DNA of 24,000 bases, taken from positions 611,888 through 635,887 of the forward strand of contig OZ257241.1 in the NCBI GenBank assembly GCA_965279445.1, in the 5' to 3' direction. Positions 1 through 8,425 of the stretch are shown in pieces; position 1 is the first letter of the stretch, and the number at the start of each line of letters is the position of its first letter. The notes under the pieces are model-generated. The model was not told the origin of the DNA and made no database searches. It saw nothing but the letters and a program-made list of their open reading frames with translations. Made by a program: the position numbers and the translations under genes. Origin of the DNA: Roseivirga sp. (GTDB taxonomy: Bacteria; Bacteroidota; Bacteroidia; Cytophagales; Cyclobacteriaceae).

Positions 1-26
1 TAAATATCCGCCAATAGTGAAGAAGT

Positions 27-911
27 TTGTATCAATGGGATTGCTCTTCAATCCAATGGGTAGGTAGTCGTTCATGGCCTCAGGTAATTCCTTCACCTTC
101 CGGTATACTTCAAACTGCTGAACCTTCAGCACAAAGTGAACCTACCCTGAAGCCTATGGAAATCTCTGAAATACTGTCCAAACTCGAATCTCTCAATCTT
201 GATGTATCCACAGACCTGATTGTGGTGATCTGGCTTTTGGTACAGGTGTACAAACAAGTTTCAAAAGTCAATCTCACCCAGACCTTTGAAATGGAAGAAG
301 CCATAGTAAAGAAGTGTGCTGGTCGCTGTCAGGAGGTAGCTGAAATTTTCGGAGCACAAAGGTGTCTCTACTGGCAGGTATCAAACGGGCAAAAGTTTAT
401 GAACCGCTGGCCCAAGAAAATGCTGGTGGCGCTGGCGGAGTATATGGACCCAAAAGCAAACCTGGCTCCCTTTAAGCAAGCCTTTGCTGAAGTAACCACC
501 ATGCGCTTTGACAGAAACGTAAAAGCCCTGATTAACTCTGAGGTGATGGTAAAGTCTGGTGGACACTCTCTTACCGTGAATTATGGTAAGGCCGGAGCTA
601 ACATTGAGGTATTCAGAGGGGCGATTTTCATAGAAGATGAAGCCGCTTTTGATGATGAGGTTTCAAAAATCAACCTGCAGTACGGTTGGCGCTCTATTGC
701 GGCATGTATCTGCAAAGACAGAAGGGGTAACCTGATTGGTTTTCTGGTTTTGGGTTTTACTGAACCTCATAAGTCTGACAATATCAATATGGAACTGTTC
801 AAAGATCAGGGGAAGACCTTTTATAAGAACATTACTTCTGTTACTTCCCGTTACTCTCTGAAAAACCGATTGATCAGAGCGGTTTTTAACAGTAAGCTTT
901 TTACAGCCTGA
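27..911 (+). CDS. hypothetical protein; C-terminal half looks GAF-like; start codon uncertain
   Basis: Long ORF in the track. The C-terminal segment ...YGWRSIAACICKDRRGNLIGFLVLGF... resembles the end of GAF domains. No other motif was recognised, and an internal Met (MEISEIL...) could be the true start. Confidence 0.4.
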   Translation: MYQWDCSSIQWVGSRSWPQVIPSPSGILQTAEPSAQSEPTLKPMEISEILSKLESLNLDVSTDLIVVIWLLVQVYKQVSKVNLTQTFEMEEAIVKKCAGRCQEVAEIFGAQRCLYWQVSNGQKFMNRWPKKMLVALAEYMDPKANLAPFKQAFAEVTTMRFDRNVKALINSEVMVKSGGHSLTVNYGKAGANIEVFRGAIFIEDEAAFDDEVSKINLQYGWRSIAACICKDRRGNLIGFLVLGFTEPHKSDNINMELFKDQGKTFYKNITSVTSRYSLKNRLIRAVFNSKLFTA

Positions 912-1365
912 TTGTGTGTGACACATATTGACAATTGCTGATACAGATTGATGGCTTTTATAACTGATGAAAGAGTTGGTGTATAAGGTTGAAAAAAGCA
1001 CTGCAACTAACGGAGAATATGCCGACATATAGACGATAAGTAATGACGGATTTATCTAAGCAACTTACTTTAAAGTCACGAAAGGTTTAGGCGATAAAAC
1101 TCCCCCAGGCGCTGACCAGATGCAAGCCAGGGACCACCTTGGTAACCCCATTCCTTTTACTATCTCATTCTATACCTGCAGTAGAATCAATGGCAAGCGG
1201 GTCAACGAGCACACCAACCACCTTCGTAACATCTATGTACCTGAAGCACAGCAATTCTACAAAGTGTATATCTGGCTGATTGAGAGATTTAATGGCCAGA
1301 CAGTAGATTGGCAGTAAGTAAATCCTTGATTTAAACAAGAATAAATTGTATCTATTGTTCTTGTT

Positions 1366-2634
1366 ATGGAAGATGAAGACCGTTTAGCAGAACTGGAAAA
1401 AAAGCTTGAGAAAGTAGAGGCCGAACTACTAGAGCAGGAGCACCGACCATTCCGTTTGCTCTGGAACTTCTGGAACCGTAAAACAATCTGGAAAGACCCG
1501 GATGACCATAGAAGAGCAGCCACCAAAAAGGCTTTGTTATGGAGACTTTTCTTTTCCCCAACAACAATTGCTTTAGGCTCTGGTGGCTTAGTGGCCATCT
1601 TAACACTTTATTTTTTATCACAACAAAATAGGTTGTTCGATCGGCAAAATGATCTCTTCAGTGTGCAGAATAAGCGTATCGACCAACAGACAAAATTGCT
1701 TGAAGCTTCCAGAAGATCTTCACAAATGTTCATCATGAGCGAAGTTCTAGGGGATCTCAATGAAGAAACGAAGGTTGCGGCTGATAGTTTGATTCCATTA
1801 TCAAAAGGTTTGATAGGCCGAATTACCTCTCTAAGTAGGGCAATGAAACCTTATTTTTATCTTAAGGGTAATGATATGAGCACTCGGGACGTAAGCCCTG
1901 AAAGAGGGCAGCTTTTGCTAGCCATCCTTACGGCACAGATTAGTCGAGGAAGTCTAGGTGAAATCTTTTCCAACGGTGATTTTAGTTATGCTGAACTCCT
2001 TAGAGTCGAACTAGAGACAGTAGCCTTGTGGAATTTGAAATTGGATTCCGCTGACTTTACTGGATCATTAATTAGCAACTCATATTTCTATAACTGTTCT
2101 CTTGCAGGGGCAAGGCTAGTAAGTACCAGAATCTTTAATTGTAGCTTTACGAATAATATGGCCGAGGATGTTTACGGATATATGTATTTAACGGATTTTT
2201 CAAATTCAGATATTCGTGGTTCTAAATTTCAATCATTTGCGGGTAGCGATAGTTTAAAATTTAACTATTCTTGGTTATCTAAAAGTGAGTTTATGGGGGC
2301 GTTTGACAGATCTTCATTTCAAAGTACCAAACTTTTAGATGTTAGTTTACAATATTGCTCTTTCGATAATTCGGATTTTACGAATGCGTTTTTGAGAATA
2401 TCAAAAGAATCCCAAGGCTTTTCTTTTACAAACTGCATAATGGACAGTGTAAGAGTCAATCGACAGGATTGGTTTGATTATATTGAGGATTCATTGTATG
2501 CAGGTAACGTTGATCGTCTGCGTGATTCGTACAGAATTGAGTCTACAAATGATAATCAGGTTTATCCTCGAGGATTTCCCTATGTATTAGTAAGAAAAAG
2601 CCCCTCCCGGAGCTCCCTGATAACCAATAACTAA
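1366..2634 (+). CDS. membrane-anchored pentapeptide-repeat protein
   Basis: 422-aa ORF. It has an N-terminal charged coiled-coil (EDEDRLAELEKKLEKVEAELLEQE) and one hydrophobic helix (LFFSPTTIALGSGGLVAILTLYFL). The C-terminal half is full of A(D/N)LxX-like pentads (LDSADFTGSLISNSYFYNCSLAGARLVSTRIFNCSFTNN; FDNSDFTNAFL). Confidence 0.6.
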   Translation: MEDEDRLAELEKKLEKVEAELLEQEHRPFRLLWNFWNRKTIWKDPDDHRRAATKKALLWRLFFSPTTIALGSGGLVAILTLYFLSQQNRLFDRQNDLFSVQNKRIDQQTKLLEASRRSSQMFIMSEVLGDLNEETKVAADSLIPLSKGLIGRITSLSRAMKPYFYLKGNDMSTRDVSPERGQLLLAILTAQISRGSLGEIFSNGDFSYAELLRVELETVALWNLKLDSADFTGSLISNSYFYNCSLAGARLVSTRIFNCSFTNNMAEDVYGYMYLTDFSNSDIRGSKFQSFAGSDSLKFNYSWLSKSEFMGAFDRSSFQSTKLLDVSLQYCSFDNSDFTNAFLRISKESQGFSFTNCIMDSVRVNRQDWFDYIEDSLYAGNVDRLRDSYRIESTNDNQVYPRGFPYVLVRKSPSRSSLITNN

Positions 2635-2743
2635 TAACCGGCCTATGGGCCTAAATACAGGTCAAAAAGCACTTAATGTGTTCCATAAAGTCATAGACAT
2701 CTTTGGCATCATCTACATTCACCTTATCGATTACCTGCATCAT

Positions 2744-3166
2744 TTAGGGCTGGCCCCATTTCAGGTAGTACTTGATATGATCCTTATCCTCTAGGTTTGG
2801 TAGCACGGTTACCAGGACCATAATATTCACTTCCAGGTCTGAGTTAGGTAAGCGCGTAATCAGGCCCTCCGGTTCGTTCAGCTCCTGCAGCTCTTCCACC
2901 ATGGCTGTTAGCTTTCTGAATACATCGATCACCTGATCAATTTTCTCAAAGCCTCCATGAAGGATCTGCCCTTGCTTAGCTACTTCCAGGAAGAAATAAA
3001 ATGGTCTGTTACAGATCTCTGCCAGACCCGGGAGGGTATAGCAATTGATAAGCTTAATAAACTCCAGGTAGCTATAGATACCCATGGAGTCTCTGAGAAT
3101 CTCTTTTTCAGCATCGCGATTGACTTGCGATTTTACTTCGTTTGATTTTGACATTTGGCGTGACAT
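2744..3166 (-). CDS. hypothetical protein (140 aa)
   Basis: Clean ORF with no recognised domain. Its start codon lies inside one copy of the repeated 11-mer TTGGCGTGACA. Confidence 0.5.
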   Translation of the reverse strand: MSRQMSKSNEVKSQVNRDAEKEILRDSMGIYSYLEFIKLINCYTLPGLAEICNRPFYFFLEVAKQGQILHGGFEKIDQVIDVFRKLTAMVEELQELNEPEGLITRLPNSDLEVNIMVLVTVLPNLEDKDHIKYYLKWGQP

Positions 3167-3324
3167 TTATGTGTGTAAAAGCATGGAGAGCCTCGCTGTC
3201 ACGCCAATGACACCTACTAACAGACGAACTGAAAGGTAGGGCGAGACTACTCCAATTTCTTTGGTTTCCTAAACAGAGTTGCATTGTTCATTTGTTAAAA
3301 AGGTAAATGTCGTTTGGCGTGACA
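3155..3324. promoter_or_regulatory. three exact copies of the 11-mer TTGGCGTGACA (candidate operator set)
   Basis: Exact copies at 3155..3165 (+), 3197..3207 (inverted) and 3314..3324 (+). All lie in or next to the 5' region of the minus-strand ORF 2744..3166. Confidence 0.35.
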
Positions 3325-3632
3325 ATGTAAATGTAGCAAAAGATGCGAAGGGGAAGGGAATGGAAAGTAAGAGAATAATCTATAAAGGTTCTGGTGTTGT
3401 ACTAAAGCAATAATGTGATTTCATCATCAATGAAGTATTCAATAGTTAGTCAAATCACTTTTCCACAGAGGTGTTTCTGCTTAATTGTTTCAAAAACAGT
3501 GTGTTAAAAAAAGAGAATGTGGATAACTCAATAAATGAATGTGGGAAACCCTCAAAAAGTGGTGCAAAACTTATCTGAAAAAAATGTATTAATATCCCCA
3601 GATTCGATTTTCAGATTACCTAATTTTACATT

Positions 3633-3788
3633 ATGGATATCGATCCAGAATGGGCTTTGATAGGGGTAGCTGCTATCAAAATGCTTGAAACCATTACAGT
3701 TGCATGGATTAAAAGTAGGAGTACAAAAAATGAAAAAGGACCTGGTGCTACAGGTCCTGATTCCGCTACTACTGAGGTACAGCAGTAA
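3633..3788 (+). CDS. small 51-aa ORF with one hydrophobic helix (below the ORF-track cutoff)
   Basis: Hand translation gives MDIDPEWALIGVAAIKMLETITVAWIKSRSTKNEKGPGATGPDSATTEVQQ*. Two hairpins follow within 75 nt, the second a strong terminator. There is no homology evidence. Confidence 0.3.
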   Translation: MDIDPEWALIGVAAIKMLETITVAWIKSRSTKNEKGPGATGPDSATTEVQQ

Positions 3789-3830
3789 TGTTGTTTTTGC
3801 GTTGGGCAAAGTTAGCCCAATTGTTTATGA

Positions 3831-3863
3831 AAGCCAAGTGATGAAAATCACTTGGCTTTTTTT
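3831..3863 (+). terminator. rho-independent terminator (11-bp perfect stem plus T-run)
   Basis: AAGCCAAGTGA-tgaaaa-TCACTTGGCTT followed by TTTTT. It also abuts the stop codon of the convergent minus-strand ORF 3865..4872. Confidence 0.6.
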
Positions 3864-3864
3864 A

Positions 3865-4872
3865 TTAGGATCTCAACGATGTAAATCTTTTCATTGACTT
3901 TGTCTTATACATTAGACGAAGGCCGCAATTTTGATGTTTAATACCAATCAGACTTTTATATCTAAATAAGACTTCTTTACTGAACTTCGGATTAACAGCC
4001 TGTGCTAATTCGAAACCTATCGTAGAATAGATAAAGACCTCAGCGGAAAATCTTTTGTTTATCCCGGTAGTATATTTAAAATAGACTGGGGTATTACCCA
4101 AATAGTGTTTATCGCTGATGCCGTAACTAAAAGTTTCTACTGTTCCTGTTCCAATTAGACCTTGTTCTTGGAGTAGCATGAGTCCAGTTTCTGGGTAGTC
4201 AAAACCGACCAACTTCAACCAACTGTCAAGTTCAAGTGGCCTATTCCAAACAATTCGAAATCCCCTCACGCATACTGATATGCTTGTTAGGTGCAGAAAA
4301 AATATAGCCGTTTTATGGTCGAGGAATTTAATAGCATCTAATGTCCTGGGACTGAATGTACCCGATTGACGAATTTCACCAGCGAGAATTTTTGCAAGGA
4401 TTAACTTTACTTCCTTATTAGACTTATTGTCTGCAATTTCTCCAAACTGCCCTAACCAGTCCTCATCGATTTCATAGTCTGAATCTTCTTTAGGTGGATT
4501 TTGCTCTAAGTCCTGCATGGCTTGCCAATACACTTCTTCTCTATTAAGCTGTTTCTTTAGGAGTTTAGAACCCCAGTAATCGATCGATCGCGCTTGTAAC
4601 TCAGGGTCTATGTTAAATGCCTGAGCTGCAGAAATGCCTGAAGCCTCCGTGACTTTACCCAATGCGTCAGTTTCTGATCTGATTTGTTTGGCCTTAGATT
4701 CCATCCAGGCGACCGGAATGTCTACGGCACCCATAATAAGCTTTCCAGTTGCTGTGATTAAATTTTTCTTGACTATCTCTGGCAGCTTAATCTCAAGCAA
4801 GGAATTTATAAATCTGACCAACCCGGTTGACCCTAGACCATCATCTTCCTTATTCTCCTGATCTTCACTCAT
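3865..4872 (-). CDS. hypothetical protein, DUF2806-like by eye
   Basis: 335-aa ORF. The motif DEDWLGQFGEIADNKSNKEVKLILAKILAGEIRQSGTFSPRTLDAIKFL matches my recollection of the DUF2806 core (DWL..F...A.....WAkILagE...PGsfS.rTL). This assignment is not verified. Confidence 0.55.
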   Translation of the reverse strand: MSEDQENKEDDGLGSTGLVRFINSLLEIKLPEIVKKNLITATGKLIMGAVDIPVAWMESKAKQIRSETDALGKVTEASGISAAQAFNIDPELQARSIDYWGSKLLKKQLNREEVYWQAMQDLEQNPPKEDSDYEIDEDWLGQFGEIADNKSNKEVKLILAKILAGEIRQSGTFSPRTLDAIKFLDHKTAIFFLHLTSISVCVRGFRIVWNRPLELDSWLKLVGFDYPETGLMLLQEQGLIGTGTVETFSYGISDKHYLGNTPVYFKYTTGINKRFSAEVFIYSTIGFELAQAVNPKFSKEVLFRYKSLIGIKHQNCGLRLMYKTKSMKRFTSLRS

Positions 4873-5288
4873 CTCAATTCAATCATTATCCTAAGCCAAA
4901 ATATAAGCATAATGGGTTAGAATTGGCTAAACAAACCACCTGAATGGTCTTTAGCCCCGAGCACTGTCTCCCCTTGGGGGCCTGCCTTCAAGGGAAGGGA
5001 GATAATCAGGGGGAGGGTCTCACAGGCCGAAGCTTTAGCGAAGGACTGTCCTAACAGAGGTTAAGTGTGAACTCGATCTTCACCTCAATGAGTACCACAG
5101 TTCATTTGGGTAAGGTAGCCGATGGATCTCACCTGGCCTTTATCGGCTATGATGAGGAGTTTTCAGCAGCCATAGACATTCCCACGCAAAAGCCGGCAGC
5201 CGCACAGGAGCAATAGGGAAAGAACCCAACTAGCTAGCATGTGTCCTGGGGAGATGATATACCCCCCGTGTCTATTGGAGATCCCTCC

Positions 5289-5375
5289 TCAAGGCCTGAA
5301 ACATTAGGCTTTTACGCATAAAAAAAAGAGCAACCATTTCTGGTTACTCTTTAAGTGATCCGCTCAGGACTCGAA
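5289..5375 (-). repeat. 87-bp direct repeat of the tRNA-Arg 3' end (20 nt) plus its downstream terminator region
   Basis: 5289..5375 aligns with 5416..5502. The last 49 bp (agagcaaccatttctggttactctttaagtgatccgctcaggactcgaa) are identical, and the first 38 bp carry a few substitutions. The tRNA-derived part is 5356..5375. Confidence 0.8.
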
Positions 5376-5446
5376 TGCTGACGTATAAGTCAGCATCTTG
5401 ACAGTCTTTGACTCGTCAAGGCCTGAAACACTCAGGCTTTTGTGTA

Positions 5447-5477
5447 TAAAAAAAGAGCAACCATTTCTGGTTACTCT
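5447..5477 (-). terminator. rho-independent terminator downstream of tRNA-Arg
   Basis: Minus strand reads AGAGUAACCA-GAAA-UGGUUGCUCU followed by a U-run. It begins 5 nt after the tRNA 3' end. Confidence 0.7.
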
Positions 5478-5482
5478 TTAAG

Positions 5483-5556
5483 TGATCCGCTCAGGACTCG
5501 AACCTGAAACCCCCTGCTTAGAAGGCAGGCGCTCTATCCAGTTGAGCTAGCAGACC
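5483..5556 (-). tRNA. tRNA-Arg (anticodon UCU)
   Basis: Hand-folded cloverleaf on the minus strand: GGTCTGC TA GCTC AACTGGATA GAGC G CCTGC CTTCTAA GCAGG GGGTT TCAGG TTCGAGT CCTGA GCGGATC A. The T-loop TTCGAGT is canonical, the anticodon loop is CT-TCT-AA, and CCA is not encoded. Confidence 0.9.
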
Positions 5557-5580
5557 AACGGGCTTTTTTCAAAGCGAGTG

Positions 5581-5613
5581 CAAATATAGTGAATTCACTT
5601 TTTCAGTTGCAAA
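5581..5613 (-). promoter_or_regulatory. Bacteroidota-type promoter for tRNA-Arg (-33 TTTG, -7 TATATTTG)
   Basis: Minus strand reads GGCTTTG-N21-TATATTTG, with 24 nt from the motif to the mature tRNA 5' end. This fits the TTTG / TAnnTTTG consensus known for Bacteroidota. Confidence 0.4.
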
Positions 5614-5893
5614 GCCAAAAGCAAAATTATTTACAAAAGATAAAGAGTGACAAACAAGCGGTGGTTTGTATGCGTTGGTAAATCGCTGGGCATATCATAA
5701 CAAACAGTGAGTTTCTTGCTATGTCCGGTGGTAAAAACATGCCAGATTTCCCCCATTTTCCAATGGCTGCCTTACTGGTTTCTTACAGTCTTTGCTGCAG
5801 AGCTATCATGCTCAAAAATCAGTCTCTGATCACGGCTTTTGCCCAGACCTGAAACAGGTGGAATCAATTCACAGAAAAAGCAGTTAATACACC

Positions 5894-6790
5894 ATGGAAT
5901 ATCGTACAATCAGAAGGGCCGGATTACAGGTAAGCGAACTCTCATTTGGCTGTATGTCACTGGAGGGAAATGACGCTGATAATGCCCGGCTTTTGCACAA
6001 GGCTTTTGACCATGGTGTCAACTATTTTGATACGGCCGATCTTTACCAAAACGGAGCCAATGAAGAGACGGTAGGGAAGGCCCTGCAAGACCGGAGAGAA
6101 GACGTAATCATTGCTACCAAGGTGGGTAATGAAATGCGACCTGATGGGAGTGGCTGGGACTGGAACCCGACTAAGAAATACATCCTCAAAGCAGTTGACA
6201 AAAGCCTGCAAAGATTGCGGACAGACTATATTGATCTCTACCAGTTGCATGGCGGAACCATCGATGATCCCATTGATGAAATCATTGAAGCCTTCGGTGA
6301 ATTGAAGGAAGCAGGCAAGATTCGTCACTATGGAATTTCTTCTATCAGACCCAATGTAATCAGGGAATACCTGGACCGTGCTCATATTCTTAGCAACATG
6401 ATGCAGTACAGTTTACTCGACCGGAGACCTGAAGAAGAGGCCATGCACCTGCTACACGAAAAGGGAGTAGGGCTTATGGTGAGAGGAGCCCTGGCAAAAG
6501 GTGTTTTAGCCGGAAAAGGCGTAATGAGTTATTTAAATTACCCTGTGCAAGTAGTTGATTTACTGGTGAATAAAATAAATGCTTTCTCAATTGAGAAAAT
6601 GCCGCTTTCCAAGGTGGCATTGCAATGGGTACTTGCTAACCCTGTAGTGAGTACAGCGGTGTTAGGTATTCGTACCGAGGCACAGTTAGACGATGCACTG
6701 GCTTACTATAAAAGCCCCTTTCTCAGTGAGGCGCAGTTGAGAGAGCTTAGCTCATTGCTGAAGCCCAACGTTTATGCAAACCACCGGTAG
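5894..6790 (+). CDS. aldo/keto reductase family oxidoreductase
   Basis: 298-aa ORF with typical AKR motifs: GCMSL, NYFDTADLYQNGANEE, DYIDLYQLH, GKIRHYGISS. Confidence 0.9.
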   Translation: MEYRTIRRAGLQVSELSFGCMSLEGNDADNARLLHKAFDHGVNYFDTADLYQNGANEETVGKALQDRREDVIIATKVGNEMRPDGSGWDWNPTKKYILKAVDKSLQRLRTDYIDLYQLHGGTIDDPIDEIIEAFGELKEAGKIRHYGISSIRPNVIREYLDRAHILSNMMQYSLLDRRPEEEAMHLLHEKGVGLMVRGALAKGVLAGKGVMSYLNYPVQVVDLLVNKINAFSIEKMPLSKVALQWVLANPVVSTAVLGIRTEAQLDDALAYYKSPFLSEAQLRELSSLLKPNVYANHR

Positions 6791-7456
6791 ATGTTTGATT
6801 CCCGACAGTTCTCCCGGCTGATGAAAGTGGCATTGGCTGATTATCTTTCAGGTTCCGCTATGAGCGTTGGTGACTTCAAAAAAGAACTCCGGCTGCTCTC
6901 AGAATTTGATGTCGACTCGTTGACTGATGATGCATCGAAAAAGGCATTCTGGATCAATGTCTACAATGGCCTTACCAATTATTTTATCATTAATCGTCAG
7001 CTGAAAAAGTCAGTATGGGAAGTACCAAATTTCTTCTCAGGTCTAACGGTGAACATTGGAGAAAATCAGTTTTCTCTGGATGATATTGAGCACGGCATTT
7101 TGCGCAAAAACGGAGAGCGAAAAAGGGGGAAACCTTTGCAGTTTAGTGAAGAGGATATTAAGCTAAAATGGATGGTGAATGTGTTTGACCCGCGCATTCA
7201 TTTCGCACTGAATTGTGGCAGTGTTTCCTGTCCGCCAATTGCCTTTTATTCCGTTGAAAATATTGACGAGGAACTGAGTCTGGCTGAAGAGAGTTTTGCC
7301 TCTCAGGAGTTCATGATCAACCATCAAAACAGAACTGTTCGTTGCTCCGAAATTTTTGTTTGGTATCGGGGAGATTTTCCAGATAGCTACCTGAATACTT
7401 CCGTGCCGGAGGGCTACAGTATTGAGCCCCTTCCCTACCAATGGACGATCCATTGA
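6791..7456 (+). CDS. DUF547 domain protein
   Basis: Its ATG directly abuts the AKR stop codon (TAGATG). Motifs FWINVYN and DPRIHFALNCGSVSCPP are characteristic of DUF547. Confidence 0.75.
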   Translation: MFDSRQFSRLMKVALADYLSGSAMSVGDFKKELRLLSEFDVDSLTDDASKKAFWINVYNGLTNYFIINRQLKKSVWEVPNFFSGLTVNIGENQFSLDDIEHGILRKNGERKRGKPLQFSEEDIKLKWMVNVFDPRIHFALNCGSVSCPPIAFYSVENIDEELSLAEESFASQEFMINHQNRTVRCSEIFVWYRGDFPDSYLNTSVPEGYSIEPLPYQWTIH

Positions 7457-7492
7457 TGTGGGTGAGGTGTATAGAAAAGTAATAACCTGAGT

Positions 7493-8425
7493 TCAGGCTT
7501 CCTTTGGTCTTTTCACTTTCGGTAGGGCAATGCCTTCTTTTGCCATGTTTGTGCTTAAGAACTGAGTCGCGGCAGTGGCCTGTGAGGGAAAAGCTGCTTT
7601 GATAAACTGGTAGCAAAGAAAGAGGTAGCCAACAGGCAACAGGAAGGATAGTATCAGCACTGAGGTAAAGTAGTTGATGACCATGGTCTTCACCTTTTTA
7701 ATGGCAAAATGTATGGTCTTACCTGTGATTTCAAAGTCTTCTTCCAGGTGCATACCTACGTTGCTTACGCCATTGCCTATGTCATCACCCACTCGCTGAA
7801 ATACGGTAAGCTTATCGCGGCCCCGCTTCTTATCGCGGGCGAGTTGTTTCTTTTTGCGTGCGGCTACTTTCTTCTTGCGGACTTTTTCTTTTTTAGTGAA
7901 GTCTTTATGGATCATCTGCAACTCAGCGTGAAGGCTGTCTTTTTGTGTGATCTGTACCTCTTCATCCACCCAATGCATAGCATGTGTAAACACGCTTAAG
8001 CCCGGGTTGACCAGCAGGCAAAGCCATAGAAGCTTTCGGGCCATGGTGCTGTATTTTTTGAAAAGCGCAAGCCCGAAAAGCCCCAGCATGCCATAAAGAA
8101 AAACCCGGAGGTGGCTGATTTTTAAGAGCATCAGATTTACCACTGAGGTAATGGAGGCTATGGACAAATACTTCATGGCATTTTCCAGGCTTTGCGAAGC
8201 GCCTTCAAAGCGGCCTGATACGATGGGAATATGCACCGAGGCGGTTGCTTTGGTGATCAGGTGTAAATCTTCCAGCACAGCAAGACTTTCCAGTGACCTT
8301 TTGCTGCCCTCTTCCAGCGTTTTACCTGCAGCTTTGTAGTAGGGGTTTTGCCATGCAAAGGCGAGTAGTACCAGCGGAATGGCAAAGGGAAGCAGTCGCT
8401 TCAATATGGCACTGAGCCGGTTCAT
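7493..8425 (-). CDS. polytopic membrane protein with a lysine-rich cytoplasmic loop; last gene of the cluster
   Basis: 310-aa ORF with about 5-6 hydrophobic helices, interrupted by KKEKVRKKKVAARKKKQLARDKKRGRDK. Its start overlaps the GH25 stop by 4 nt (8422..8425). No family recognised. Confidence 0.6.
   Translation of the reverse strand: MNRLSAILKRLLPFAIPLVLLAFAWQNPYYKAAGKTLEEGSKRSLESLAVLEDLHLITKATASVHIPIVSGRFEGASQSLENAMKYLSIASITSVVNLMLLKISHLRVFLYGMLGLFGLALFKKYSTMARKLLWLCLLVNPGLSVFTHAMHWVDEEVQITQKDSLHAELQMIHKDFTKKEKVRKKKVAARKKKQLARDKKRGRDKLTVFQRVGDDIGNGVSNVGMHLEEDFEITGKTIHFAIKKVKTMVINYFTSVLILSFLLPVGYLFLCYQFIKAAFPSQATAATQFLSTNMAKEGIALPKVKRPKEA

Noticed and set aside
1120-1317. 65-aa ORF in the gap between the first two plus-strand genes
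   Set aside because: No homology or motif was recognised, no translational coupling is evident, and two antisense ORFs overlap the region. There is not enough evidence to call a gene, although a gene fragment cannot be excluded.
3552-3897. Track ORFs 3552..3809 (-) and 3685..3897 (+)
   Set aside because: They overlap each other and run through the two terminator hairpins. The 51-aa ORF 3633..3788 followed by those hairpins explains the region more economically, and even that call is low confidence.
5356-5375. Second tRNA-like sequence that might be an independent tRNA or pseudo-tRNA gene
   Set aside because: Only the 3' acceptor strand and part of the T-arm (20 nt) are present. Sequence upstream of the fragment cannot form D or anticodon arms. 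I treat it as a repeat or att-like scar.
5957-6385. 142-aa ORF antisense to the aldo/keto reductase, and the 64-aa ORF 6111..6305
   Set aside because: The sense frame carries unambiguous AKR motifs across the whole region.
7709-8339. Plus-strand ORFs 7709..7999 and 8151..8339 opposite the 310-aa membrane protein
   Set aside because: They are shorter, interrupt each other, and do not fit the operon orientation. The minus-strand frame is continuous and start-overlaps the GH25 stop.
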